From positions 25,730,001-25,794,000 of the forward strand of contig NC_087449.1 in NCBI RefSeq assembly GCF_036321535.1: a stretch of DNA of 64,000 nucleotides, read 5' to 3'. The DNA is from Camelus dromedarius. Taxonomy: Eukaryota. Shown piece after piece: positions 1 through 12,767 of this stretch (the stretch's first letter is position 1; each line of letters starts with the position of its first letter). Made by a program: the position numbers and the translations under genes. The notes under the pieces were generated by a model that did no database searches, was not told the DNA's origin, and saw nothing but the letters and a program-made list of their open reading frames with translations.

Positions 1-104
1 GAGGCGCAGAGGCGGACTCCGGACAGAATGTGGAGGCGGCTGCAGCATCTCAGTTCTCAGGCTCAGGAGAGAAGAGAGCCAGCGCAGACTGAGATGCAGC
101 TCGG

Positions 105-185
105 CATCGGACTGTGAGTCGGGGCCCGGGTTCGAGTCTCAGCTCCGTCACCGGCTGCCCTGTGACTCAGGCCGCTCTGATTACA
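105..185 (+). mobile_element. MIR head fragment, CpG-rich
   Basis: ggactgtgagtc...cccgggttcgagtctcagctccgtcacc...ctgtgactc aligns by eye to the MIR tRNA-derived head. Confidence 0.5.
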
Positions 186-1335
186 CGACAAAGATCCCAT
201 CCTCATACTTTCACCCTCCAGGAACACCTGCTTTTCAACTTTACAGGCCCAGGAGTCATCTTTTCCTTCTTCACTGTGTAGATGTGATATTGACAGCAAT
301 AAAACTGTTCATCTCCCTCACTGAGGGTGGAGTGAGCTTAATCACGGAAAAAGTTGAGACCTAAAGTTTAGTCTGTGTGACTTCAGGGACCCCACTTTAC
401 TTAGCCAGCCTCAGTATGCCAGTTATTATAGTATTATTTATATTATTTGGGGGAGGAAATAGCAAACATAGAGATAAAACTTTGAAACACTGGCCTCAAA
501 TGTAAGCAGCATTATTCTGGGAGACATTGTTGTGATCTAGACGTCATGGGATGGGGTCAGGGTTTCATCGGAGCCAACTGCCCTGGATAAAAATGGCATG
601 GTTGCCCTGAGCCCAGTCAAAGCTCTTCTGTGACATCCCCGAAAGCACAAACCAGAGACCAGCAAACAATGCTTTCCTCCTCCTTCTGAAAAATGTGGTA
701 GGATTTAGGGTTTTATGGCAACAAAAGTTGTCTTTGTTAAGACGTGACTTGCAAAACAAACCCACATGGGGGAGTTGGCAGTTTCAAATGACAGTACTTT
801 TTTTTTTTTTTAATGCTGAAACAGCAAATGCTTTTTATGTTCAGATTTATTTCCTTCTAAATTTGTAGATTAAATTTACAACTAAGCAATATTCACTACT
901 ACAAACAATTAGACTCTTCCCGCATATTTCCAGGGGAGGTGAGTGGAAAGCTTCTCAGTAGGGCTGGGGTGGGGAGCTGTGCAAAAGTGAAATCCCAGGG
1001 CATTAACAGTCTCCGTCAAGGGTCTTATCAACGATTTGGACATAAACATAATATATGGGATCAGAGCTCCTTGGCTTCCCTGTCAGGAATCTATGCTTCT
1101 TGAGGAGAGATAGTATCATTCCAACCCAGAAAATTTAATTCAGTGCAGCTCACTTTTACCTTTTTAGCAATGACTTTAAAGATGGTGATCTCATAAGCAA
1201 AGATTACTAAAGACACATTTACAAATATGTCTTATAAAAAATCGAGCATGTGAACTACATCACTTGCTCTGCGTTCAGATGAATGCTACTCGGTGGTGCT
1301 CTCCTAGTAACTCAGATTTAGGAACAAACTCAGAA

Positions 1336-1337
<2 letters not shown>

Positions 1338-1374
<37 letters not shown>
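1338..1374. repeat. (CA)n microsatellite, about 18 units
   Basis: Read directly from the sequence. Confidence 0.98.
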
Positions 1375-1377
<3 letters not shown>

Positions 1378-4300
1378 TAATGTGGAACAGTTCCACACCT
1401 CTACTATCACTTTATTATATTTTAATGAAACCAATTACAGATTGGATGACAGTTATATGTTCACTGGGTCTTTAAATATCCTTTTCTCTTGTTAAATCAC
1501 CATATGGCGAGGAGATCCTATTGCTCCTTTTGCAGGGATGGTGGCAAATTCAAATGACAGGTATTACCTTCACTCTGATTCTGCGATCACAGAACCCTTG
1601 CAGGGATGCCACCTTGTGCCATCCTAAAGGTGGTTCAGTTAAAAAAAAAATACTTGAAGGCTTTGCTTTCTTTTAAAGAAGTGAATTGTCTGAACTGAAA
1701 TACGGCTTCCTATCCTACCGTGGCAGCTTTCTGCGTTGTTCTCCAGGAACACGTTTACGAGTTCAAGTTCAGGTTTAAACTAAATAAAACACTCCTCAGG
1801 AGTTTATAACTGAGCCTCATTTACACGCGCTCCCTCTGAACTCTGCCGGCCTCAGGATGCTAGTTTCCTAGGCTTGGGGAAGGAATGTTTTGCAGTGGGA
1901 ATCTGTACTGCTTTCTCAGGCATTTTAGATCAGAGGCCAGGCAACATGGAGGTTTAGCTAGTATTAAAAGTTTCCTCGGATCTACTATAAAGTCAAAGAA
2001 AGGGAGAAAGGGAGACACGGCTCGGCCAAGAGAACTGGACCTTTTTAATTTTCTGATAAGGCTTTAGAGTTAACATTCCAGTTAAAAAGATTCTAGGCAC
2101 AGATTCGAGAATTCCATAATCACGATTTCGGACTTCTCTGCAATCATTTTCAACTCTTTGTGGGAAATGGCCGATGTATATTTATTCTCTTCAAATATAA
2201 AAACTAGGGTTTGCCTAAACTGCTTTTCTGACTTGAAAAATGCAGTGTAAAAAGTGTCATGAAGATAAATGTCCCCAACCCAGAAGGGACTCCGTATCAT
2301 GTTGATGAAAAAACCAAAGGGATTTCTGAGGTCAAAAAGAGCTCAGGGATTTTCCAACCAATAGAGTTACACTAGAGAGGAAGAAATGGCTATTTCTGGT
2401 TTAGAACCAGGAGGAGTTGAAGTAGGGGTTCTGAGATGCTCATAGAAACCAACCTGGAGAGAGCTGGCTTCCTGGCTGAGACTCAACCTCCCTGCTAATA
2501 AGCAAGGGTCTAGGAGTTCCAAGAAAGCAGGGATGGTCTTTGTAGACAAAAATGGAAGGGGAGCCGGATAAACAGCACTAGGGACTCTGCCGCTCACTTT
2601 CTCTCTGAATTTGAGTTTAGCAAGAAGGTGGGTCCAGCAATAACAAAGCAACGCTGCAACACCCGAGAGGTACTCTGTAGCATCTCTGCCCTGGAGCAGT
2701 TGTTTCCTGGCAGGTGAGCATACCCGGCAAGACTGAGGGTTGCCCGTGGCATTCCCAGGACCCAGCCTCAGCGGCTGCCTCCCTGCAATGATAGGCGATA
2801 AAATCAGAGAAATAGTTCAAAAGTAAGTGCTGCTCTGGGGGTTCAGAGAAGAAATGACCTGGCGCAGGGGGGAAGGACTGAGTCCATGGCTGATCTGGTC
2901 TCAGTCTGTGCCTCTAATTAAGGATACCTTCCCAGCATGGTGGTTGTGAGGATGAAATGAAATGATGTATGAAACTATGAATGTGTTTTGTCTTTTAACT
3001 TAAGTTAAACTAAGCTGTTAAACTAGGGTGATGCCTTGTGTGTGTGTGTGTATATTCTTTTCTGACATGGGGAAGACAGAAACCTCATCTCTACAGGCTA
3101 GTGCCTGTAGCTTCTTGGCCTAATGCAATAATGGGCGGTCGCTTTTCTTGGATAAATACAGTAACGGCAAGAGTATGCTGGCTACATCCTCTTTTCTCTC
3201 AATCCCTTGAACTTACCCAAGCTCAAATGCTAGAAACATTAAGAACTTTAAAAAATCAAATTAAATGTGAATATGCTTCCAAATAAAACCCTTTGCTATG
3301 AACATAGTAAGTTTCTTCTATTGGATAAAGACATGAATAAAAGTAGAATCCACTTAGATGGTATTCTGTAGAAATGAACCATAAAATTCGTTTCTTTGAG
3401 GGCAGCAGTTTACTTATAATGACTGAATGAAATCAGAACTTACAACCCTAAATGTTTCTTAGCCTTTGGCCAGGAATGATCAACCAATCTGCAGAAAGAT
3501 ACTAATTTGCATATGAGAGAGTTTCAACTACACCATTAGTCACTCAATCCCAAATTACTGAGAATCATGTGTTCTTTCTTTTGTCATACTTTTGTTTCTC
3601 TTCTTTCTTTCTCATAAACATCTATCTAATTTTGACTCTTTCTCCACTGTCCTCTGGACTTCTACATTAAGGGCTGCTGTAGGAAACAGATTACACATAA
3701 CTGCCTTTGTTTATCAAACATAACTTATTTTTTTTTAAAGTAACTCTGGCAAAATGGTGGATGGGCGAATTTTGAAACTTCAGTGGTTTGCTGACTTTCC
3801 TGAGGATTTAATTTCTCCATGCAGCTTTTTGTTCTTAGGAAGACAAAGTAATTTGATAGTTGACCTGACAGTTCAAGAAGTTTTACATTCACTAATGAGT
3901 TGGTAGCTAGATGCAGATTTAACGTTATTCCATTTATGCTGACTCTTACGGCAAAACAGTAGTCTCATCCTTCTGATTTTCCTTAAGAAACAGAGAGCAC
4001 AAAATCTGGAAACATGTTTGCTGGATGCAGTTAGATGGAAGGCATAGGATGAAGAGGGTGAGCTATTTCCTGGATGCAAACTGGGTACTTGGAGAAGCTG
4101 CCTTCTCTCTCCCACTCCCGTAAGAGTTACTCAGTGGTTACAATCCTTCATCTTACTGTGGAGCTTACTTCTGTGCCTGGTTCTTATTCCAAGCAAGCAG
4201 CCGGGAAGGGGTGCGAAGGGATAGTCCAGATTTGACAGCACTGACCCCAGAACTGAGGAGCAATGGTGAATCCCATAAGGAGTGTCATTCTGCAGTTCTT

Positions 4301-6100
4301 GGTTTACAAAGGTCATTGTGATGTAAGGCCCAGGGGGAAAGCCAAGCAAATGGCCTTCCTGGAACATGGTGGGCTTGGGGGGAAGGGGGGGATGATGTTA
4401 TTAGGAGGGAGGGTTGAAGAGAATTTGGTACATCTTTATTTGGGAAGAGGCCAAGTGAGAGAGAACAGCATGGCCCCAGCTGAATGGTAATGACGTAGCA
4501 AATAGCAACATTCAGAGCTATCCAGATATCAGACAGAACAACTGGCAGATATGAAAATCATTATAAGATGTGAAATTATACCTCTCACTGCTTCATTATC
4601 ACTATATTTCATAATATTTGTCTAGAAAGGCACACAAAGCCTATCAAGTTAAATTAATCTTAATGATCAATTTTAGTTTTATTCTAATTAAACAGTTTCA
4701 ATTTAATTAATGCGAGCACAGAAATTAGTCAGAATTACAAATGTAAATGTTGAACTTTAAATCAAAGGTCCTCCCTACTCCCTGCCTCCCGTAGAAGCAC
4801 TTTAAAGTGTTTGCCTCTGAAAGTTGATGGGAGTTTTAACCTTTGTCTGCACTGTGAAGGACAGAAGTTAGAGAAATATGCCACCAAAAGCAGGAGCACA
4901 GGCAGAAGGACAGGTTTAACACCCACCCAACCCACCTCCCCCACCACGCACACCCACCCACGCCCACACCCACACAATACTCCTGGCAGTACGTGAAGAT
5001 AAATTCTGCAAGATGAGCTTTTAAGTTATATGCGTTTGTTCCTCACGATTTCAATGCACCTGGGTCAGTCTAATGGATACGGAGTTTTTGTAAAACACCT
5101 TTGTAAAATAGAAGCCGTGCACCCGTATCCTAAGCCACGTATTAAACTACCAGTCCCTTCCCTCCCTGGTGTCAGACAGCCTGCCTCTCAGTGCTGCTCT
5201 GCCCCTGATAAGCTGTGGCCTGGTAAGTTGTTTCCACTCCCTGGGCTTCGGCCCTCTTGTTTGGAGGTGCTGCCTTATGAAAATTACACACACTTTATTC
5301 TAAAATGTACCTCAAGTCATAGCTGAAAACAATGGAGCCTGGAGTAGAAAATCTTTTAAGAAAATCACCAGCTTCAGTATTCTGTATTTCTATAACTTCG
5401 AAAAATACTGGCATCTTAAAATGGGTTTGAAAATGGTACGGGGGTACATGTGTCTTGAGTCATCCTACAAACACATTTAAATAACCTTCCTTCTCTCTTA
5501 ATAAAAATCCTGAGTTGGGATCCAGAGCTCTAAAAATCTGAGGAAGGAAAGGACCTTAAAGGAAAAGAAAAAGATGGCAAAAATATGGAACAGAAAAAAA
5601 AGATACTAAAATGAAATGCACAGTCCCCCCCCCCCTTTTTTTTCTATTTAGAAAACTTGTCCTGGTGAATCATACTTAGTGACAGGTCTGTAGTGTCGCT
5701 GATTCTTGGTCTTAGAAGAATGGTATATGACATGTAAGGTCCTGTGTTCTCTCTCTTATCCATAAAAGAGCCACGACTTCTTTTCCCACAAATCAGCCTT
5801 CATCCATGATCCCCCGTCATGACTTGTTCGCAACTGTGTATAAGAACTACTTGACAGCAATCAATCCACTATCACTGTTTGGGGACATTTCAGGAAAGCA
5901 GCAGAGTAATTTAACAATATAGTTGATTAGTGTAATAATCATCGTTAAATTTAGTGATGATGGTGGGATTTCCCCTTAAGTTGGTTAATGACCATGGACA
6001 ACTCATTTCTTGACTGCCAGTGGTAGAAATGGTTTCTGAAATATTAACTTCTGCCCCATGGGAATGACACTTAGCCCATCACATTTAATTTCTGACCTTC

Positions 6101-6376
6101 NNNNNNNNNNNNNNNNNNNNNNNNNNNNNNNNNNNNNNNNNNNNNNNNNNNNNNNNNNNNNNNNNNNNNNNNNNNNNNNNNNNNNNNNNNNNNNNNNNNN
6201 NNNNNNNNNNNNNNNNNNNNNNNNNNNNNNNNNNNNNNNNNNNNNNNNNNNNNNNNNNNNNNNNNNNNNNNNNNNNNNNNNNNNNNNNNNNNNNNNNNNN
6301 NNNNNNNNNNNNNNNNNNNNNNNNNNNNNNNNNNNNNNNNNNNNNNNNNNNNNNNNNNNNNNNNNNNNNNNNNNNN
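6101..6376. other. N-run (276 nt), uncalled or masked sequence
   Basis: Read directly from the sequence. Confidence 0.99.
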
Positions 6377-7280
6377 AAAAATTCGTGGATGGCCTTTTAA
6401 AAACATCCATCATATCCTCAAGTTCATTGCTGGCTTCAACGAACTCTGCTTCTCACTGATGGTTAAGTTCCTTCTAATAGTAGCATTTTTCTGAGAATAT
6501 AAATTAGGCTTGTGTTTGGGATGATAACAGTACCTTAGTTTCCAGTTTAAGTTTCTAAACGAAAAGATTCCTGAAATGTTCTCTTTGCCACCACCATAAT
6601 TCATCTATCTCCAGCTGAAAAATGTCTCCTGTCCTCTTCCACAGAATCAATGGTATTGATGGGAGGCCTTCCATGTTGTCAATCAGGGAAATGTGATTTG
6701 ATGGGACCCCCAAGCGGTGGGGGGGGGGGGGGGAATATCAAACCTGCTCAGGTCCACACCATCTGAGTGAGATCAATGTTTCCCATAATACTCTTCCTGT
6801 CCTGTAGCACCCTGACTGTCACAATTAATAATGTAGCAGGAGCTGATTAACTTAAGTAAAGTGCTCTCCACTGTGTAAACACATAAAGATCTATGAGGCA
6901 AAAAGGAAGGGGGCAGGAAAGAACAAAACGTCATTTTTAATTTTCATGTGGACACATTCTCACTTTCTATTCTTCACTTGTAACAATTACTGTACCAGCC
7001 ACTCTGAGGGAGTCAATAAATTGATCTGGGTCCTGATGGAGCAGCAGAGCAGACGGATCTGACACCATTATCTGCAATGGAGAGTGTTGGGGGCTGGGGT
7101 TGCACTTGGGTGGCAGAGGGCAAAGGGGAGAAGTCAGGCAAGGCAAGAAGGCATTGTTCTAGATGCGGAATTAATGCTCGACACGGAGCTTCTGGAATGG
7201 ATAGATGCATGCGTGTGCTGTGGTGTGCGGTGTGCATGTTATGTGTGTGCGTGCCTGTGTTGGGAATGGATGGAGCGAAA

Positions 7281-7330
7281 GAAGCCTTCGACTTGGCTAA
7301 AGGATGAAGCCTTCGACTTGGCTAAAGGAT
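7281..7330. repeat. Perfect 25-bp tandem duplication
   Basis: gaagccttcgacttggctaaaggat occurs at 7281-7305 and 7306-7330. Confidence 0.97.
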
Positions 7331-8107
7331 GCAGCCTAAGTGATACAGTATGCACCACTTATTTAAGTCCCGGCGGTATTTCAGTCACTCACACCCATCT
7401 GCAATTCAATGAGGATCACCACCCCATTAGAACTAATCATGTCAGCTGTGGATCTGACAAAATAAACATTCAGAAACTGTGCTCCCAGGTTCATAACTTG
7501 TTTTCGCGATGGGATTTTTTTCCTTCTCTCCCTCATCCAGCATAACGTTTAATAGTTTTTTAATATGAAATTATAACATACACAGAAACTCTCCGTATGC
7601 ATCCCTCAGCGTATTTTTCCTCACAACCAGAAACTGCAGCTGTTAGCTGAGCTTTAACTTGCTCCTTGGGAGTGTGCTAAGTATGTTCTTAATAAATAAA
7701 TATCATTCCACTAGCTAATGAGAGGATTAATGCACGACTTATGAAAAACGGACATGGGAGGATGGGGGGAGAGATGACTTAGCTCAGGGGGAAAATTACC
7801 AGATTACCTGGGGTTCTCACCACTTTAATTAACATTTCTATGTCTCTACTGGCAATCACAGCTCTCTGGTCCCAAAGATGGAGGAGACGCATCCTGCCTC
7901 ACGTCTGGTGAGGTTCAATGCTAAGGAGTGAAAAGGCAGCAGCACACGTCAGCTTTCCCTGTGCCAGCGTAGTGGGCTGGGGGCTTCACATTCTAACCAT
8001 ATTGAATTTTCCCAATGCTCTAAGTGGAAGGCAGAAATTAATTTATAATTTTATAAATCTGACATCTAAGGGTCAGAAAGGCTAAAAATTAACCCAGGGT
8101 CACTGCA

Positions 8108-8459
8108 GAAGTCAGTTCAGGCTACCATAACAAAATACCATAGACTGGGTGGCTTAAACAACAGAAATTTATCATCTCACAGTTTTGGAGGCTGGGAAGT
8201 CCAAGATGAAGGTTCCAATTGATTTGGGGGTCCTATTCCTGGCTTGCAGACGGCTGCCTTCTTGCCAAGTCCTCACATGGCAGAGACAGAGCAAGCTCCC
8301 TGGAGTCTTTTCTTCTAAGGGCACTAATCCCACCACGAGGGCCTCACCCACATCTAAACCTAATTACCTTCCAAAGGCTTCATCTCCAAACACTATAACA
8401 CTGAGGGTTCGAGCTTCAACATATGAAACTGGTAAGGGGGTACAATTTAATCCATATCA
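8108..8459 (-). mobile_element. ERVL-MaLR solo LTR (MLT1A-like)
   Basis: ggctaccataacaaaataccatagactgggtggcttaaacaacagaaattt...ctaatccc...acctaattaccttccaaaggc...tccatatca matches the antisense MLT1A consensus by eye. Confidence 0.88.
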
Positions 8460-8679
8460 GTAATGCCCTGAGACAAATCAAAAGCAAGTCTGTCTCCAAA
8501 GCTTGTATTTTCTCTACTACGTTATAGTGCCCAGGAGAGGAGAGAACCTCCTGACTTTCAGCCTCAGTGCTGCTACGACCTGTAAAATCTCATACCTCAC
8601 GAGTGTTAAACCAAGCTAGGTTCAGGTTCCTTCACATGCAGAGACCCCCCCGTGCCCCTCCCCTGCTTCTCATCTCCCG

Positions 8680-9150
8680 CAGAATAAAGTCCAAGTGCCT
8701 CACCACTGTATAAAGGCACGCGTGTACTCATGACTAGACCCTGTCTAACTTCCCAGCCTTGTTACTCAACATTCTCTGTCATTTACTTTGTATTAACCAA
8801 CGTACCAGAACAGAGCAGAGCTCTCCCAACACACACCGCTGTTTCTTTGCACGTGCTGTTCCCCTCTCCTGGAATGGAAGTCTGTCTGTCTCCTTCGAAA
8901 CTGGCTCATGTGAAATCTCCTCTAGAACGTCTCCCATGAATTCCCAGCCTCTCCCCAGGGTCAGCGACCCACTCTCTGTGCTGCCTGTGGGTTACACACA
9001 CTTCAACTGTCTCCCTTATCAGACTTACTGTCACTTCTTTCCTTTTCTCCTTAGGAGTCTATGGGCAATGGATGGCAGGGACTGGGTCCCAGGTATCGGT
9101 AGGCCGCTTCCCCCCGAGTGTGGTGTCCGGGATACAGTAAGCGCTCAGGA
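8680..9150 (+). mobile_element. L2 3' fragment
   Basis: cagaataaagtccaag...tttgcacgtgctgttcccctctcctggaatg...gatggcagggactg...tacagtaagcgctcag. Confidence 0.7.
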
Positions 9151-10597
9151 AATTCTGCTTTCTTCTTCTCGCTAAGGACAACCACATGGCTGGTGAGTGG
9201 GAGAGGTGAGCTAGGAATCCAGGTATTTAGACTCCTCATCCAGTGCTCCTTTTACTCCTCCAGGATGTACTATGGCCAGCTTCCTTCTCAGACCTCTCTA
9301 GTGTGTTGTCCTTCCAGCTGCCCAGTCCCACCCCTTCCCCAGCACACAGACACACCTGGCCACAGACCCGTGGAAAGGGGATTTCGCTTGAGACGGGCAG
9401 AAAGCTGTGTGCCGTGAAGACTGGCCTCAAGTTTCCCTTAACTGCTCAAGGCAAGCAGCCTTTCCAGCCTTGGAAGGCAGCACTCAGCACTCCCCACATC
9501 CTTAAGGCAGTGCCTGGGGACCCAAGGTTCCTGAGGATGCCCCTGCCTGGGCTGCGCCATGAGCCCAACACATTCAGACTCTGGGGGGTTGGGGGGAGGG
9601 GGAGGGCGAGGAACACAGGGCTAGGACAGCCTGTCCTAACCCGGTGTCCCAGCTCCAACCCAGGGATCCAGCTTATCACAAGCTCATGTGATTCATTAGT
9701 TAATGTGTAAAGCATTTGGAAAGTGAAAAGCCAATTAGAAGTGCTAAGTTATTTCATCTCTGCTGTAAAGGAAGCAATGTGAAGCCCGAGGAAAAATTCT
9801 CATGCAAATATTTTGGGGGAGGCCTGCTCTGCGGAATGTGACTCAATGAATAGGCTCCTTTGAAAGGCTCTACCCCCCAAATGCCACTGATAAAAGAATG
9901 TGCCTTCATCCTCAATAAACAAACAGGAAGGTAAACAAGTGGGTGTGGGAAAAGCAGCCAGAAGAGTCATTGAGAACTCACGTGAGATCTTTGAGAATCT
10001 CACAGTAGACAGTAGGCCCTGGCCTTCAAACTGTGTGTTGGTAGATCCTTCAAGGTCTTAAACTCATTAGAAGGCCTGGGAAAGCCTGCGTCTGCAAGGA
10101 ACCTCTCCTAACATGGAGTCATTATTTAGAGTACAGAAACGTTTGGTAAAGCAAATTCCTCTCCGGCCTGGGATTTTTCACATGCAGGGGCTTTGTGGAA
10201 AGTGGGAACCCCACCTGTATTGCCTTCTCTCCTCAGAGTTCATGCAGCGGGGCCAATCCACTCATTTTCCTGTTCTCTGAACTCTGTTGACTCAAGCTCA
10301 GCAAAACCAGGCTCTTTTCTTTTGCAAAGGAAGCATCTGGTTCCAAGTCATAAAAGAGAAACCCAGAACCCACTGCTGACTGTTTGATAAGCACCTGGGA
10401 GGGCACACGGAGGGCACTGTTTCCCAGAGTTCCCCTTCAATTACAAAGGCACATGTCCTTCAACGCAGCCCTTTCAGAGTCCTCGTTTACCAGGAGAACC
10501 CTGACCCAGCTCTGTGGGAGCTGGTCTGCACAACACTCCCATACTTCTGCCCAAATCCTGGACTCCAACAGAGGGCTGAAATGAGATGATCACTACA

Positions 10598-10601
<4 letters not shown>

Positions 10602-10668
<67 letters not shown>
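10602..10668. repeat. Long perfect (CA)n microsatellite, about 33 units
   Basis: Read directly from the sequence. Confidence 0.98.
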
Positions 10669-10669
<1 letters not shown>

Positions 10670-10814
10670 ATACACGTCCCCTAGACACACAGGGAGTGAG
10701 TGTGCAGGAAAGGCACTGGAAGACAAGCAGCAAGAGATGAAAGGAGTCAAGTGCGACAACGAGTTGAAAAGTGTGTGAAATGAAACCTACCAGGGAATGG
10801 GAAAAAGGAAGATG

Positions 10815-11315
10815 GCAGATACTGCTAACAGTCTACCCATTACCTGTTGCCCCTTCTTTCCGGGGGCAGTTTTGTTTAGGGAGGACAATGTGAGCAGCCC
10901 TGGGTAATGAATTATGATCTTAGCCAAACATTAATTTTGTGTTGGCTTTCCTGGTATCCTTTGCAGCGAAAGATTAAAATGTGACCAGTTTTAGTCAATG
11001 AGACCTAAATAGAAATTTGCCAACAGGAAACAGGGAAGGAGTACGGCAGGATCTTTGTTGCCTGATGTAAGAGGAATAACAGGGAATGATATGGGTATGA
11101 TGTCTGGAGCTGCAGCAGCCATTTTGCAACCAGAAGCACCTGCATGTGGATGCTAAGGACAGTGGAGCAGAATGTTAGGAAGAGCAAAGTTTCTGCTGGC
11201 ATCATGTAGCAGCTTGAAACAACGCCAACAACTACTCACTGACAAGATTCCTTCCTGTGTAAGAACAAAAAACACTTGATTGGCTTAAGCCACACTTAAT
11301 TGGGTTTTATTCTGT
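10815..11315 (+). mobile_element. Old ERVL LTR (LTR33-family-like)
   Basis: Diagnostic blocks ctacccat...cccttctttcc, tgtgaccagttttagtcaatgagac, tggagctgcagcagccattttgcaacc and ggcttaagccac...gggtttt. Confidence 0.65.
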
Positions 11316-11445
11316 GAGGTAGATACTATTACTGTTTTCATTTCATAGATGAGGAAACAGAATTTTAAAGGGTAACATGTTCAAGATCATTCAGATAAAT
11401 GGCACAGCCAGGATGTGAAAACAGGTCTAGCCTATTCTCCAGTTC
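11316..11445 (-). mobile_element. MIR
   Basis: aggtagatactattactgttttcatttcatagatgaggaaacaga...aaatggcacagccaggatgtgaaaacaggtct. Confidence 0.75.
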
Positions 11446-12767
11446 ATGAATTTGTTCTTGTTCCCTCAAAGAAATCATGCTGAGTGCCAGGTGCATTTCC
11501 CTTAGTGTCCTGAAACTTCCACTGATCAGAAACATCATTATCAGGATCCATTTTGATGGTAGTTCTGCAACTGACACTATGGTTTTCTGACTTCACTGCA
11601 AGGCCATCACCTAATTCTGATCAAACTCCTCTCAGTTCTTTACACCCATTCACAGCTTCTTTTTTCAATCTTTGCCTTATTTCATTTTCTATCCCACTTT
11701 CCCAACAATCCCAAGGGCTAAGTGAATACAAACAGATGTTTAGTCCTTTCCCTTCTTCTGTGAAACCTAAAATCTCCTATGAAATCTCCCTCTTATCTTC
11801 CCCTTCTCTACTGATCTTATTTTAATACTGGAAAAGAAGCAAGCAAGAAAGGAACCACTATTTACTGAGGATCTACTGTGTGCCAGATCCCATGTAGGCA
11901 CCTTAATTCTTTCAACAATCACCAATTCGCTTCAACAAAGAAGCTTTTCCCAATTTTTTTGGAGCCAGGCAAAAGACAAACAAACAAAAAGGCTAAAACC
12001 AAACCAAGACATGCGGCAAAAATGATGGGCTCTCTGAAGTACAAGAACTGAGGGAGAAGAAGGAGACCAGGACCTAGAACAGAGGCTCTTGCTCTGGCCA
12101 GCTCCTTGTGGCTGAGGACGACTAAAACGTGCCACCAAATTAAAACTTGAAAGACAAAGGTTCTGTTTATTGAGAAGTTTACTTTAAGAGTGTCTTATAG
12201 CCTGTCCGTGAGTTGGCGGCCAAGTGTCTGTGAAGAGAACATGTCAAGAACTCACAGGCTGACGCGGGAGCTGGGAAGCTAGGAGGAGTCACTCCTGCCC
12301 ACAGCAGGAGGGAACAGACTTCAGGGGTAACTCATCTCTGCCAAGTGGTGCTGCCTATTTAACACCGATGGCAGGAGCCAAGAACGTAAGAGAAAAAATG
12401 ACCAGGTGTCGCCTTTCCCTGCAGATTCTGGGGGTAACAACTGTCGCAGTCCTTACCACCCTCAGGGACATGGCTTCCCCTTGGGAAGTCACTTCTTCAT
12501 CGGCGCACACGTTGGCTTCCGAGGAGAAATGGTGTGCAGGGCAAGAATGGATGTGCCCAGCTGAATGAGGCTTTGGGAGTGCCTTTAGGGCAGATGCAAT
12601 GGAAGAATCCACGAGATTATGATCTTGTGGAGGTTCTTGTCCTAATTGGTTGGATGGTTACTACTTTAGATCCCGTGTTTGGCAGGGAGGTTCTGCCCGC
12701 ACCCACACAGCAGCATGTGAGGACGTGTTGACTGATCAAGTCCTTCTCTGATGGGGCACACTGAAGG

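Noticed and set aside
2994-3009. Perfect 16-bp palindrome tttaacttaagttaaa (also taagcttaagctta near 37773)
   Set aside because: About one or more are expected by chance in 64 kb of AT-rich DNA, and there is no supporting context.
6003-6459. Long ORFs spanning N-runs (also 19547-20404, 42415-42693, 49587-50115, 16619-16813)
   Set aside because: Their length comes from X codons across the gaps. The flanking peptides match nothing I recognise.
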